Source of the DNA: Candidatus Ryanbacteria bacterium CG10_big_fil_rev_8_21_14_0_10_43_42 | GTDB lineage: Bacteria; Patescibacteriota; Minisyncoccia; Ryanbacterales; 2-02-FULL-48-12 | Direction of reading: 5' to 3' | DNA length: 64,000 nucleotides | NCBI GenBank assembly: GCA_002793915.1 | Contig: PFEF01000008.1 | Span: 18,159 to 82,158, forward strand | Shown: positions 1-9,908 of the stretch, one piece after another | Layout of the letters: every line of letters starts with the position of its first letter | How positions within the stretch are numbered: the stretch's first letter is position 1 | Position numbers and translations under genes: made by a program | Notes under the pieces: generated by a model | What the model saw: the letters and a program-made list of their open reading frames with translations, nothing else | What the model was told of the DNA's origin: nothing | Databases searched by the model: none

Positions 1-120
1 AGCTAAAAGCACGGTTCCGAAAAAGATTGTTCCCCAGTCGGGTATAAGACCAACCCAACTAAATAAGAAAACAGCAAAGATAACCAACAACAGCTCTCCA
101 AATATTCTTCTCGTACTCAT
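1..120 (-). CDS. Membrane protein, partial (runs off the left edge)
   Basis: ATG at 120 preceded by AAAAGGGGA; reads MSTRRIFGELLLVIFAVFLFSWVGLIPDWGTIFFGTVLLA; directly downstream of 142..1722. Confidence 0.6.
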   Translation of the reverse strand, partial: MSTRRIFGELLLVIFAVFLFSWVGLIPDWGTIFFGTVLLA

Positions 121-141
121 GGTGCGTCCCCTTTTTTTCGT

Positions 142-1722
142 TTAGCGTCTTCTTCGGAAAAACCAGAGACTCCGGAAAATATCGGCAAGGGGCGCAATGC
201 CACCGGAAAACATTTCCCAAAACTTTGGTCGCCCCTCGCGCTCTGGGGTATCTCCTTCGAGGTCTTCCAATACTCTCTTTTTACCCCATCTAAAAGCGCG
301 GATAATACCTCCGATGCTTGCATACAAATACATGAGAATGGTAGTAGCCCACAAAAGCCATAGAAGTTCCCAAAGAGAATCGATGCGGGAAATTTCCTTG
401 ATTTCCGGTAAAACCGGCTCTTCCGGCTTTTGAGGAATCGGCGGCAATCCTTGGAGTTTCCGCGTTCTTTGAATTCTCTTCTGTGCCGTAAGGTGGTCTC
501 CCCACCGCACATATGCATTATATTCGGAAAGACGCTCTTCATATTCGTTCTTCTTCTGGTCAAACTCTTCCTGCGCCATTCTTTCTTCTTCGGTAGCCCC
601 CAGCAATACTTCCGCTGTACTGAAGTAATTAAAGTATGCGAAAGTACAAAGAATTGAAAGACCAAGAAGTATGTGTGCTATCTTACTGGCGCGTTTTGAG
701 ACTTTCACAACCGGTGGTCCGAACACATCAAAGTTTTCTGTTCGTTCCAACGGTGGAGATTCGATGAAGAATTTTGTTCGGCTCCGTATAAAGAGCCTGC
801 GCTTCACATATCCCTCCAATGGAATAACGATGTCAATAATCCTTTTCTCGAACCCTTTCTCATATACGCTTAAGACGCAGGTTCCGGCACATGGATTTTT
901 ATCCTTATCCCACATGCGCACGGTGTATGAAACTTCTCCCGCCTCTGTTTCTTCGGGTGATTGTTCAAGAATTTTCATATCAAAGTCTGCTGCAACAATT
1001 GGTTTTAAAACCGTTATCGTGTCGCTTTGCCGCACGCTTGACTTCTCCCGAATATATGCGGCAACAACATGCTGTCCCGGAATAAGGTCGGTTATGTTAT
1101 ATACCGCCTTGCCGCCTGCACCAGAAGACATGTCCGCAACAACCCTTCCATTGAGATCAAACGAAATTGTTTCGTTTACCTCTTTTTTGTCATCGCGAGA
1201 AACAATAGCCGTAAGTATAACACTGCCCTTGCCATCCAGATCCGTCACCGGATCCGTATGCTCAAGGTGTATCTTAAACACCGGCTCTTTCGGTTTCGAG
1301 ATGGAAATTTTTTTATCTTTCCTTATCGTTGTTCCCACAACCTGCGCGCTTACCGTATGACTGCCTGGCTCAATGCCGCGCATAACGAGAGATGCATTTC
1401 CGTCTTCCTCGGAAGACAGCGTTTCATACACCACCTCATCAAGGAAAAAACGTATTTCAACACCTTCAATGGGGGTATTATTTTTTTGTGACAGCGTAAC
1501 TGCCACGGTAACATACCCCACACCATCTTCTTCTTTTGGCTCAGAAACACGCAAAACAAGTTTTGTGCCAGACAGATTAAGGTGGTTCTTGTCTTCTTTT
1601 TTTTCTTCTCCTTGAGGGTGACTTATGGTTATAGTCACTTTTTTTTGGCAGTCCCAGCAATAGGGGCCGCTCCAGTTAACAACATTACTCACACCGCAAA
1701 GCGGGCACGTTACGTTCTCCAT
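142..1722 (-). CDS. Membrane protein with N-terminal Zn ribbon and tandem Ig-like (Big_1-like) domains
   Basis: CPLC..CWDC; two ~95-aa beta-rich repeats (G.A...I..I.PG.H.V.A); two C-terminal TM helices; SD GAGAGGTG; TTGACT-17-TATATT promoter. Confidence 0.7.
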   Translation of the reverse strand: MENVTCPLCGVSNVVNWSGPYCWDCQKKVTITISHPQGEEKKEDKNHLNLSGTKLVLRVSEPKEEDGVGYVTVAVTLSQKNNTPIEGVEIRFFLDEVVYETLSSEEDGNASLVMRGIEPGSHTVSAQVVGTTIRKDKKISISKPKEPVFKIHLEHTDPVTDLDGKGSVILTAIVSRDDKKEVNETISFDLNGRVVADMSSGAGGKAVYNITDLIPGQHVVAAYIREKSSVRQSDTITVLKPIVAADFDMKILEQSPEETEAGEVSYTVRMWDKDKNPCAGTCVLSVYEKGFEKRIIDIVIPLEGYVKRRLFIRSRTKFFIESPPLERTENFDVFGPPVVKVSKRASKIAHILLGLSILCTFAYFNYFSTAEVLLGATEEERMAQEEFDQKKNEYEERLSEYNAYVRWGDHLTAQKRIQRTRKLQGLPPIPQKPEEPVLPEIKEISRIDSLWELLWLLWATTILMYLYASIGGIIRAFRWGKKRVLEDLEGDTPEREGRPKFWEMFSGGIAPLADIFRSLWFFRRRR

Positions 1723-1923
1723 AAATCACCTCTCTTTTTTCAAATTATTGATTGCAATATAACACTTTTTTATTAAAAAGTCAATAGTTTAAACACTTCA
1801 TTCTACGTTTTTTATTATTTCTTTTTTCTTTTATATAAAAACACTCCAAATGGTGTAAATGAAGCGTTATTGACAAATAAGAAATTTACTGTATTTTTAA
1901 TAACAAGACAAAGGAGAGCATAC

Positions 1924-2283
1924 ATGGAACGCCTTATATTGTTTTTTGTTATTTGGGCTGTTTTATCCGGATGGGAAGATAATAAAATAGCGTTTCGAAA
2001 AAGCGCTCTAATATTGGTTTATATTCATATCGGTATTCTTTTTTTTATTCCTCTGGGCGTCATTGGCCTCACGGCAAAAGCCGGTGGATTGGCCATTATA
2101 CTGGGTTTTGCCGTAGGTGTGTTTATTTTTCTTTGTATTTTTATAGAAATGCTGGGGTGCCTTGCCTGGTATTACGGCGTGCGAGAAGATGGTCGTAGGG
2201 GTGAAGCTTCCTGGCGCATTCCTCTTCTTATTGTAGGCGGACTGCTCTGGATTATAGGCCTTCCAAACACGCTTTTCTTCTGA
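1924..2283 (+). CDS. Hypothetical multi-pass membrane protein
   Basis: ATG 1924 after AAGGAGAG; about 4 hydrophobic segments; TTGACA at 1870. Confidence 0.7.
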   Translation: MERLILFFVIWAVLSGWEDNKIAFRKSALILVYIHIGILFFIPLGVIGLTAKAGGLAIILGFAVGVFIFLCIFIEMLGCLAWYYGVREDGRRGEASWRIPLLIVGGLLWIIGLPNTLFF

Positions 2284-2287
2284 CAAT

Positions 2288-2312
2288 ACTCCTTTTTATA
2301 AGGAGTTTTTTA
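2288..2312 (+). terminator. Intrinsic terminator
   Basis: ACTCCTT/AAGGAGT stem plus T-run between convergent genes. Confidence 0.6.
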
Positions 2313-2319
2313 TTGCGCG

Positions 2320-3216
2320 TCACTCTTCTTTCCGGCGGCGGCCGTGAAACGCCTTATGCACTTCCCGAAGCTGTTTATCCGTAAGGTGTGTATATACCTG
2401 TGTGGTTGTTATATTCGTATGCCCCAACATAACCTGTACCGAGCGCAAATCGGCGCCGTTTATAAGAAGATCGGTGGCAAACATGTGCCTTAACGTGTGA
2501 GGGGTTACTTTTTTTGGAATACCCGCCTTAAGGGCATAGTACTGTAATATACGCTGAACAGAACGAGGCGTTAGACGTGTTGGTTCTGTAAGCGCATTTC
2601 CCTTATGCGCACTTACAAAAAGGGCCGGAGTAATATCTCCGCGCTTATCAGTATATGATTTTATGGCTTTTTTTGCGCCATCAGACAGAAAAACAACGCG
2701 TATTTTTCCTCCCTTTCCCCGAATGGAAAACTCATCTCGATCAAGCGGTATCGATTCTTTATCCAAAGAACAAAGCTCGGATACGCGAAGACCCGTTGAA
2801 AACAAAAGCTCTAGAAGCGCCTTATCCCGCAACACTGAAAGGGAAGACCCCTTTGGCGCATCAAGCAAACGCTCTAAATCCCGCTCATCTATTAAGTCAA
2901 TTTCGCGCCCGTCTGTTTTTGCCAGCTCTATTTTTTCCGGAATAAGCGATGGCTCGTCCCGGCGCACAAGATATTTCAGAAATCCCCGAAGGGCGATAAG
3001 GTGGTAATTCTGGGTTTTTCTGTCTAATGCGGCTCTGTTAAGCCATAATCGGTATTGTCGCACAACTTCATCCGTAATAGCTTCCGGCTTTGTAACTCCT
3101 GAAAACCGAATAAACCGGGTAAGATACCGCCTATAATTATCAATGGTTTTCCTGCTCCGTCCCTTTTCAATCTCAAGATAGGCAAGATAATCGTCAATAA
3201 GCTTCATGCTTTTCAT
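2320..3216 (-). CDS. XerC/XerD-family tyrosine recombinase
   Basis: SAM-like N-domain; catalytic motifs TGLRVSEL, GKGGK, HTLRH, LGH, TTQVY. Confidence 0.93.
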   Translation of the reverse strand: MKSMKLIDDYLAYLEIEKGRSRKTIDNYRRYLTRFIRFSGVTKPEAITDEVVRQYRLWLNRAALDRKTQNYHLIALRGFLKYLVRRDEPSLIPEKIELAKTDGREIDLIDERDLERLLDAPKGSSLSVLRDKALLELLFSTGLRVSELCSLDKESIPLDRDEFSIRGKGGKIRVVFLSDGAKKAIKSYTDKRGDITPALFVSAHKGNALTEPTRLTPRSVQRILQYYALKAGIPKKVTPHTLRHMFATDLLINGADLRSVQVMLGHTNITTTQVYTHLTDKQLREVHKAFHGRRRKEE

Positions 3217-3319
3217 TGTACCAAATTGCCCCCTATTATGCTTACATATGGCAAAAGTTGCCGGTTACTTTATAAAGGGGGCTTGCAAAAAACCGCACAC
3301 TATGGTAGTATGCGTGTAC

Positions 3320-3586
3320 ATGATTCCCGCAAAAGAAAAATCAAAAGTTATAGCAAAATTCCGTATCCATGAGAAGGATACGGGTTCTTCTGACGTACAG
3401 ATAGCCGTTGTAACGGAAGAAATTACCCGCCTCGCGGATCATTTGAAAAAAAATCCCAAAGATAATCATTCCCGCCGCGGACTTCTTAAAATGGTAGCTA
3501 AGCGGAAAAATCTTCTTGCTTATCTTGCTCGTGAAGATGACGGACGTTATCAAGGTGTAATCAAAAAACTCGGCTTAAAGAAATAA
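3320..3586 (+). CDS. rpsO: 30S ribosomal protein S15
   Basis: HEKDTGSSDVQIA, KDNHSRRGLLKMV; start refined to ATG 3320. Confidence 0.97.
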   Translation: MIPAKEKSKVIAKFRIHEKDTGSSDVQIAVVTEEITRLADHLKKNPKDNHSRRGLLKMVAKRKNLLAYLAREDDGRYQGVIKKLGLKK

Positions 3587-3620
3587 TGCCACATCTTATA
3601 CTAGGTGGTGTTATTTTTAT
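3584..3620 (+). terminator. Probable rpsO terminator
   Basis: TAATGCCAC/GTGGTGTTA stem followed by T-run. Confidence 0.5.
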
Positions 3621-3643
3621 AAAACATACCATAAAACGTAAAG

Positions 3644-3717
3644 ACACATAGGTTTAGCCATGACTTAAGGAACAGATAGACCGTCATGGATAACAGGAAG
3701 ACATGCTAAATATGTGT
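3644..3717 (+). promoter_or_regulatory. Structured 5' leader of the NYN gene
   Basis: Nested stems ACACATA/TATGTGT, TTTAGC/GCTAAA, CCATGAC/GTCATGG. Confidence 0.5.
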
Positions 3718-3733
3718 GCCGTAAAGAAGAATT

Positions 3734-4261
3734 ATGACAAGACCTCTCTATCCTGCTGAACGTGTTGCGGTGTTTATCGATGTACAAAACATGTACCATT
3801 CCGCGCGCAGTTTACATAATGCGCGCGTAAATTTTAAAGAAATACTGAAAGAAGCCGTGGCCAACCGCCACCTTATCCGTGCGTTTGCTTATGTAATACG
3901 TACAAAAACGGGGGAAGAACAGCCGTTTTTTGAGGCACTGCAAAAGCAAGGTATCGAAATTCGCGTACGTGACCTCTTGGAGTTTTACGGGGGTGCTAAA
4001 AAGGCGGATTGGGATGTCGGTATTGTCATCGATGCTATTCGTACATCCGAAATTGTGGATGCTATTGTTCTGGTAAGCGGGGATGGAGACTTTGTTGATC
4101 TGATCGATCATTTGCGTAGCCGCGGACGGCATATTGAAGTTATGGCATTCGGCAAATCAACCTCAAGTCGCTTAAAAGAGGCGGCCGATACATTTATAGA
4201 TATTTCCGAAGAACCGAAAAAATACCTTATCAACATTAAAAAAGGTTCCAGTAAACCATAA
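3734..4261 (+). CDS. NYN-domain (LabA/DUF88, PIN-like) ribonuclease
   Basis: FIDVQNM, KADWDVGIVID, LVSGDGDF, S..L...AD.F motifs. Confidence 0.92.
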   Translation: MTRPLYPAERVAVFIDVQNMYHSARSLHNARVNFKEILKEAVANRHLIRAFAYVIRTKTGEEQPFFEALQKQGIEIRVRDLLEFYGGAKKADWDVGIVIDAIRTSEIVDAIVLVSGDGDFVDLIDHLRSRGRHIEVMAFGKSTSSRLKEAADTFIDISEEPKKYLINIKKGSSKP

Positions 4262-4281
4262 TAATAATTAATATATTAATA

Positions 4282-4371
4282 ACGCAGTTGAAAGGAAAGG
4301 TCTGTAGATAGATAGATGCTTACTCATAGCAAGGCGTCTAAAATCTGGAGATCTGTACCGGAATACTGCGT
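4282..4371 (+). promoter_or_regulatory. Long hairpin in the pnp 5' leader
   Basis: ACGCAGT/ACTGCGT, AGGTCT/AGATCT, TAGAT/ATCTG, TAGATGCTT/AGGCGTCTA nested pairings. Confidence 0.6.
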
Positions 4372-4380
4372 ATTCCATCA

Positions 4381-6600
4381 ATGGAAACTAAACAATTCTC
4401 TATAGAAGTTGCCGGAAAACCGCTTGTGGCGGAATTTTCTCCTTTAGCCGAACAGGCAAACGGATCTGTACTAGTACGCTACGGGGAAACCGTCGTATTT
4501 GCTACTGCCGTTATGGACAAAAAAGAACGCGAAGGAGCAAAATTTTTTCCGTTAATGGTAGATTACGAAGAAAAATTTTATGCCGCGGGGCGTATTTTAG
4601 GCTCACGTTTCATGCGACGGGAAGGGCGCCCTTCCGAAGAAGCTATTTTAATGTCGCGCGTTATCGACCGCTCAATTCGTCCGCTATTTGACCACCGCAT
4701 GCGAAACGACCTTCAGGTAACAGTAACGGCTCTTGCGGTAGATGAACAAAATGACCCCGATGTACCCGCACTCTTTGCGGCTTCTTTGGCGCTTGCCGTT
4801 TCAAATATTCCCTGGAATGGTCCGGTAGCCGCCGTACGCGTCTGTAAAACGGCTGAAGGGATGCATAGCATAAATCCCACATACGAAGAGCGGGAAGATA
4901 ATACTCTTGATACGTTTTTTACCGGTGTTCCCGGGCACATAAACATGATTGAAGCTAGCGCCAAGGAAGCATCCGAAGAAGAATTCATTACGGCATTTGA
5001 AGAAGGGTCCGCCGTAATAAAACAACTTATTGCATTTCAAAATGATATCGTAAAAGAGATGGGCGTTCCCAAACGAACTATTAAGCTTCCGGAGCCTACC
5101 GATGAACTCATAAAAGCGCTCGCCGCATATGAAGAACGCGTGGAAGATGCCATATATGAAACCGATAAAGTTCTTCGTGCCGAACGCATGAACGATATGA
5201 TGAACGAATGGATGAGCCACGTTGCTGAATCTTATCCCGATGCATCAGCCCAGCTCGCGGAACATATGTTTGAAGAGCTTATGAATAATATCGTACACCG
5301 CAACATACTGGACAAGCCGGATGGTGAAGAAAAACGCGCCGACGGACGTGCTCTTAATGAAATTCGCCCCCTCTTTACCAAAACACATATTACCGAAAGG
5401 AATCATGGGTCTGCTATATTCTATCGCGGACAAACACACATCCTTTCCGTGGCTACTCTTGGCGCTCCGGGAGATTCGCTCCTTATTGAGGGTATGGAGG
5501 TACGCGAAAAGCGGCATTTTATGCATCATTATAATTTCCCGCCATTTTCGGTAGGAGAAGTAAAACCCATGCGTGGTCCGGGGAGACGCGAAATTGGGCA
5601 TGGAGCCCTTGCCGAAAAAGCACTTCGTGGCGTCATTCCGCCAAAAGAAGATTTTCCCTACACCATTCGTGTTGTTTCGGAAACATTCTCTTCAAATGGA
5701 TCATCCTCGATGGGTTCCGTATGTGCATCTTCCATGGCACTTATGGATGCGGGTGTACCTATTAAAGCCGCTGTCGCCGGTTCCTCTATGGGACTCATGG
5801 TGCGTCACGACAAAGCAAGCGGAAAAGTAATCTATAAGGTTCTCACCGATATCCAGGGCGTTGAAGATCATTTAGGCGACATGGATTTCAAGGTTGCCGG
5901 CACGCGTACCGGTATCACCGCCATTCAGCTTGATATTAAAGTGGAGGGCGTTACGCTCGACATGATCCGCGATGCATTCGCGGAAGCCCGCAACGGCCGG
6001 CTTAAAATTCTCGATGCCATGGATGCCACTATAAGCGAAACTCGGAAGGAAATTTCTCCCTATGCACCGAAAATAATTACCATGACGATAAAGCCCGATA
6101 AAATTCGTGAGGTTATAGGACCGGGTGGAAAAGTCATTAACGAAATTATCGATCAAACCGGATGTCAGATAGACATAGAACAGGATGGCTCTATCTTCAT
6201 CACCGGAACAAACACGGAAACGGCAATGGAGGCGCAAAAACTTATCGAAGAAATTGTGCAAGATTATGAAGTGGGGCAGAAATTCACCGGACGCGTAACA
6301 CGTCTCTTCAACTTTGGAGCCATGGTTGAAATCGCGCCGCGCACGGAAGGAATGGTACATATCTCTGAATTGGCGCCATTCCGTGTCGAGCAGGTAACCG
6401 ATATGGTAGATGTAGGGGATGAAGTGCCGGTAGAAATTATCGCTATTGATGACATGGGACGTATTAATCTCTCTATAAAGCGCGTCGCCACTCTTGAGGC
6501 AAAAAATCCCTCCGCAGGCAAATCATCCTCTCGTCCGCCTTCTGAAAACACTCCTTATAAGGGAAAACATGCTCCACGCGACAGACATGATCGTTCATAG
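4381..6600 (+). CDS. pnp: Polyribonucleotide nucleotidyltransferase (PNPase)
   Basis: Two RNase PH domains (RREGRP, RREIGHG, SNGSSSMGS, GDMDFKVAG), KH and S1. Confidence 0.98.
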   Translation: METKQFSIEVAGKPLVAEFSPLAEQANGSVLVRYGETVVFATAVMDKKEREGAKFFPLMVDYEEKFYAAGRILGSRFMRREGRPSEEAILMSRVIDRSIRPLFDHRMRNDLQVTVTALAVDEQNDPDVPALFAASLALAVSNIPWNGPVAAVRVCKTAEGMHSINPTYEEREDNTLDTFFTGVPGHINMIEASAKEASEEEFITAFEEGSAVIKQLIAFQNDIVKEMGVPKRTIKLPEPTDELIKALAAYEERVEDAIYETDKVLRAERMNDMMNEWMSHVAESYPDASAQLAEHMFEELMNNIVHRNILDKPDGEEKRADGRALNEIRPLFTKTHITERNHGSAIFYRGQTHILSVATLGAPGDSLLIEGMEVREKRHFMHHYNFPPFSVGEVKPMRGPGRREIGHGALAEKALRGVIPPKEDFPYTIRVVSETFSSNGSSSMGSVCASSMALMDAGVPIKAAVAGSSMGLMVRHDKASGKVIYKVLTDIQGVEDHLGDMDFKVAGTRTGITAIQLDIKVEGVTLDMIRDAFAEARNGRLKILDAMDATISETRKEISPYAPKIITMTIKPDKIREVIGPGGKVINEIIDQTGCQIDIEQDGSIFITGTNTETAMEAQKLIEEIVQDYEVGQKFTGRVTRLFNFGAMVEIAPRTEGMVHISELAPFRVEQVTDMVDVGDEVPVEIIAIDDMGRINLSIKRVATLEAKNPSAGKSSSRPPSENTPYKGKHAPRDRHDRS

Positions 6601-6627
6601 ATAGTGTAATAACTAGTAAAAACAACT

Positions 6628-6657
6628 GGTGGTACAAACATACCGCCTGTTTTTTGT
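6628..6657 (+). terminator. pnp terminator
   Basis: GGTGGTA/TACCGCC stem plus TGTTTTTT. Confidence 0.65.
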
Positions 6658-6742
6658 ATGACACCCGCCGAACGTACTTATAAACAACGTATACCGCATC
6701 TGCCACTTATCACTTTCTGCCTCCTACGGTATACTAAACACC

Positions 6743-7714
6743 ATGGATGAAGAAAAACAACCAATAAATGAATCGCCGTCCGATAAATCAACAAGTCCGT
6801 TTGGAAGACAATCGGAAAAAAAACTTCCTCCCCAAGAAGATTCAAAAGAAGAAAAAGAAACGTCTACACCGGAAGAACTTCTGCCGCACATTCGCACAAT
6901 GAAATATGACGTACAACACTATGTAAAGGAAAAAAATCTTTCTTTTTCGGACCTTGTCGCTAAACAACAACAAAAACAATCCTCCGAACCCTTCGTTCGG
7001 GAAGACCCTATTTCCGAAAAAGGATGGTTTCGGGGCGTATTAGGTCTTATCCTTCTTATTGTTCTTGGCATCGGCGGATACGGCGGATTTGTACTCTTCA
7101 CCACGCGAAACACCCTTCCGGCTGAAGAAGCCCCTCCGGCAAAAGCATTTATTGTGGTGGAAGACCGTGAAGTTATAACCGTCCGCGACGGAGACCGTGC
7201 CGGCCTTCTGCAAAAGATCGAAGCTTCTCGCCGTGACCGCCTGCCGTCACGTTCCATAAAACACGTTGTTATACGACTTGAATCATTCGGTGGCGGATCT
7301 CGTTTTGCCACCATTGAGGACTTCTTTTCCATTCTAAAATTTCAAGTTCCTTCCGGATTTATGAATAATTTAGAAGATAAGTTTGATCTTCTTGTATATT
7401 ACCGTCCCGATGGTGCTAACACTGCCCTTATTCTTGACGCGAAAGATGACGAACGCGCTCTTTCGCACATGCTTTCCTGGGAATCAAGCATCATGTTTGA
7501 TTTCCGAAATCTCTATTTCGATGATGCCGTAACACAACCGTCTCAACTTTTTGAAGATACGGTTATTCGAAACATAGACGTTCGCACCCTCGCCCTCGGA
7601 GGCGGGCTCACGTTTTCCTACGGTATTTTTGCCGAAGATCTTCTTCTTCTTTCAACATCGGAAGAATTCCTTGAAATCCTTATAAACCGCCTCTTCGTCT
7701 CTCCTCCACGATAG
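6743..7714 (+). CDS. Hypothetical single-pass membrane protein
   Basis: Disordered N-terminus, one TM helix, C-terminal alpha/beta domain. Confidence 0.75.
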   Translation: MDEEKQPINESPSDKSTSPFGRQSEKKLPPQEDSKEEKETSTPEELLPHIRTMKYDVQHYVKEKNLSFSDLVAKQQQKQSSEPFVREDPISEKGWFRGVLGLILLIVLGIGGYGGFVLFTTRNTLPAEEAPPAKAFIVVEDREVITVRDGDRAGLLQKIEASRRDRLPSRSIKHVVIRLESFGGGSRFATIEDFFSILKFQVPSGFMNNLEDKFDLLVYYRPDGANTALILDAKDDERALSHMLSWESSIMFDFRNLYFDDAVTQPSQLFEDTVIRNIDVRTLALGGGLTFSYGIFAEDLLLLSTSEEFLEILINRLFVSPPR

Positions 7715-7773
7715 ACTTCCTCTCCCAAAAACCCTATAATAGACTCGTTACCAGAATATACTATTTGTAATCC

Positions 7774-8130
7774 ATGACCTTAGATATCAACAATTTCAAA
7801 GCGAAACTCGAAGAAGAGCGGACACAATTGGAAATCCAGCTTTCGAAAGTCGGGCGGCGGAATCCGGAAAATCCTGAAGATTGGGAGCCAAAATTTGACG
7901 ACATCAACGAACAAGAGTCCAGCGCTGATGAAATGGCGGACAAGTTTGAAGAAATGGAACAAACACTTGCCCTTCAAAATAATTATGAAAGCCGTCTTAA
8001 TACGGTAAAGACCGCGCTCGCTAAAATTGAGGCGGGAACTTACGGACAATGTCCGAAATGCAATAAAGCAATCCCTCTCGAGCGCCTTGAAGCCGATCCG
8101 GCGGCGGGATGTATGTGCGAAGAAGCTTAG
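7774..8130 (+). CDS. TraR/DksA-family C4 zinc-finger protein
   Basis: Coiled coil with DEMAD; AL.KIE.GTYGQCPKC...IPLERLEA.P. Confidence 0.9.
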   Translation: MTLDINNFKAKLEEERTQLEIQLSKVGRRNPENPEDWEPKFDDINEQESSADEMADKFEEMEQTLALQNNYESRLNTVKTALAKIEAGTYGQCPKCNKAIPLERLEADPAAGCMCEEA

Positions 8131-8301
8131 TTTTAAGCAATAGAAAACTTCTCCCACACAAGACAAAGCCCATCCTTGAAGGTCGTCTTGCTTACTAAAA
8201 CAGACATGCTATAAAGAACATACGGGGAATACACACTGCCCTGTATTTTTTTGTCTTAATCTTTCCTAATAAGAGAACAACCTAAAAACTAACCTCTGAA
8301 A

Positions 8302-9825
8302 ATGTCCGTAAAAATTCATTCAGCGGAAATTGTCGGTATTGATGGCGCTATTATAGACGTGGAGATCGACCTATCACCCGGTTTACATACGTTTTCAATC
8401 GTGGGACTCGCCGATAAAGCGGTGGACGAATCCCGGCATCGTATAGCGGCCGCTATAAAGAATTTCGGTGCCCGTCCACCGCATAAAAAAAATAATCGTG
8501 TTACCGTTTCCCTGGCACCTGCCGATTTGAAAAAAGAAGGTCCGGCATTTGATCTTCCTATAGCTCTTGCTTATCTTTTAGTATCTGAACAGGCAATTTT
8601 TACACCGGAGGGAAAGCTGTTTTTAGGAGAGCTTGCACTTGACGGCACACTTCGTCCTGTTAAAGGCACTCTTTCTCTTGCCATAGCCGCACAAAAATAT
8701 GGCTATAAAGAATTATATGTCCCGTATGGAAACGGTATGGAAGCGGCGCTCGTTAACGGCATAACTGTTTATGAGGCGCGTCATCTGAAAGATATTGTAT
8801 ACCACCTTGAAGGATCCTCTCCTCTTTCTCCCGTTCCTATTACGAGCACAGAAAAAAAATCAACGGAACACCATGCGGACTTTTCCTACATAAAAGGACA
8901 GGAAGCCGCTAAACGCGGACTTGAAATTGCGGCGGCCGGCGGACACAATATAGCATTATCCGGACCTCCCGGCTCTGGTAAAACACTTCTTTCCCGCGCA
9001 CTTCCGTCCATACTTCCACCACCCGAACGTGAAGAAATTATGGAGATTACTCAAATTCATAGCATTGCGGGCATATATCCGCCGCATGAGGGTATTATTA
9101 CGGAGCGCCCGTTCAGAAGCCCGCATCACACAGCGTCCCACGTTGCTCTTGTGGGAGGGGGAACGACACCGCGCCCGGGAGAAATTACACTGGCACATCG
9201 GGGAATATTATTTTTGGATGAATTTCCGGAATTTGAAAAACGCGTACTGGAAGCGTTGCGTCAACCACTAGAAGACGGTGTTATCTCTATTTCCCGCGCC
9301 CGGGGATCCATCACATTTCCTGCACGCATTATGTTGGTTGCCGCTATGAATCCGTGCCCGTGCGGAAATACGGGAAGCGCTAAAAAGGAATGTATATGTC
9401 CACCGCATGCAATAGACCGATATGCACGAAGAATATCCGGCCCTATTATGGATCGCATTGATATGTGGCTTACCGTAGATGCCGTTGAACATGACAAATT
9501 ATCCCTTAGTAAAAATGGAGAACCGTCGAGCACTATCCGAGATAGAGTAGAAAAAGCACGCATTATTCAAAAAGACCGCCTGAAAAAAACTCCCTACATT
9601 ACCAATAGCGATATTGGTGCAAAACACATACAAACGTTATGTGTACTCTCTTCAAAGGCGGATGCAACATTACAAAATGCGGCGAGCGCACTGGAACTTT
9701 CGGCACGAAGTTATCACCGCGTTATAAAAATAGCCCGCACTATCGCAGACCTTGCCGGAGAAAATATCATCTCTGAAAATCACATTCTGGAAGCCATTCA
9801 ATACCGTCCCCGAAAACAAGAATAA
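8302..9825 (+). CDS. comM: ComM/YifB Mg-chelatase-like AAA+ ATPase
   Basis: IVGLADKAV.ES, GPPGSGKT, RSPHHTAS, LFLDEFPEF, AAMNPCPCG. Confidence 0.95.
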   Translation: MSVKIHSAEIVGIDGAIIDVEIDLSPGLHTFSIVGLADKAVDESRHRIAAAIKNFGARPPHKKNNRVTVSLAPADLKKEGPAFDLPIALAYLLVSEQAIFTPEGKLFLGELALDGTLRPVKGTLSLAIAAQKYGYKELYVPYGNGMEAALVNGITVYEARHLKDIVYHLEGSSPLSPVPITSTEKKSTEHHADFSYIKGQEAAKRGLEIAAAGGHNIALSGPPGSGKTLLSRALPSILPPPEREEIMEITQIHSIAGIYPPHEGIITERPFRSPHHTASHVALVGGGTTPRPGEITLAHRGILFLDEFPEFEKRVLEALRQPLEDGVISISRARGSITFPARIMLVAAMNPCPCGNTGSAKKECICPPHAIDRYARRISGPIMDRIDMWLTVDAVEHDKLSLSKNGEPSSTIRDRVEKARIIQKDRLKKTPYITNSDIGAKHIQTLCVLSSKADATLQNAASALELSARSYHRVIKIARTIADLAGENIISENHILEAIQYRPRKQE

Positions 9826-9908
9826 AGAATGGAGAAGTAAGCGCGCCATACCCGTCTCCCTTAAGAAACTCAATCCATTATTTGTCTAAAAACTACTACA
9901 GATGCCCG

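Noticed and set aside
2320-3216. Tyrosine recombinase as an integron or prophage integrase
   Set aside because: Xer-like size, no IntI-specific insertion, no attC or att repeats recognised, and adjacent to rpsO; most likely housekeeping.
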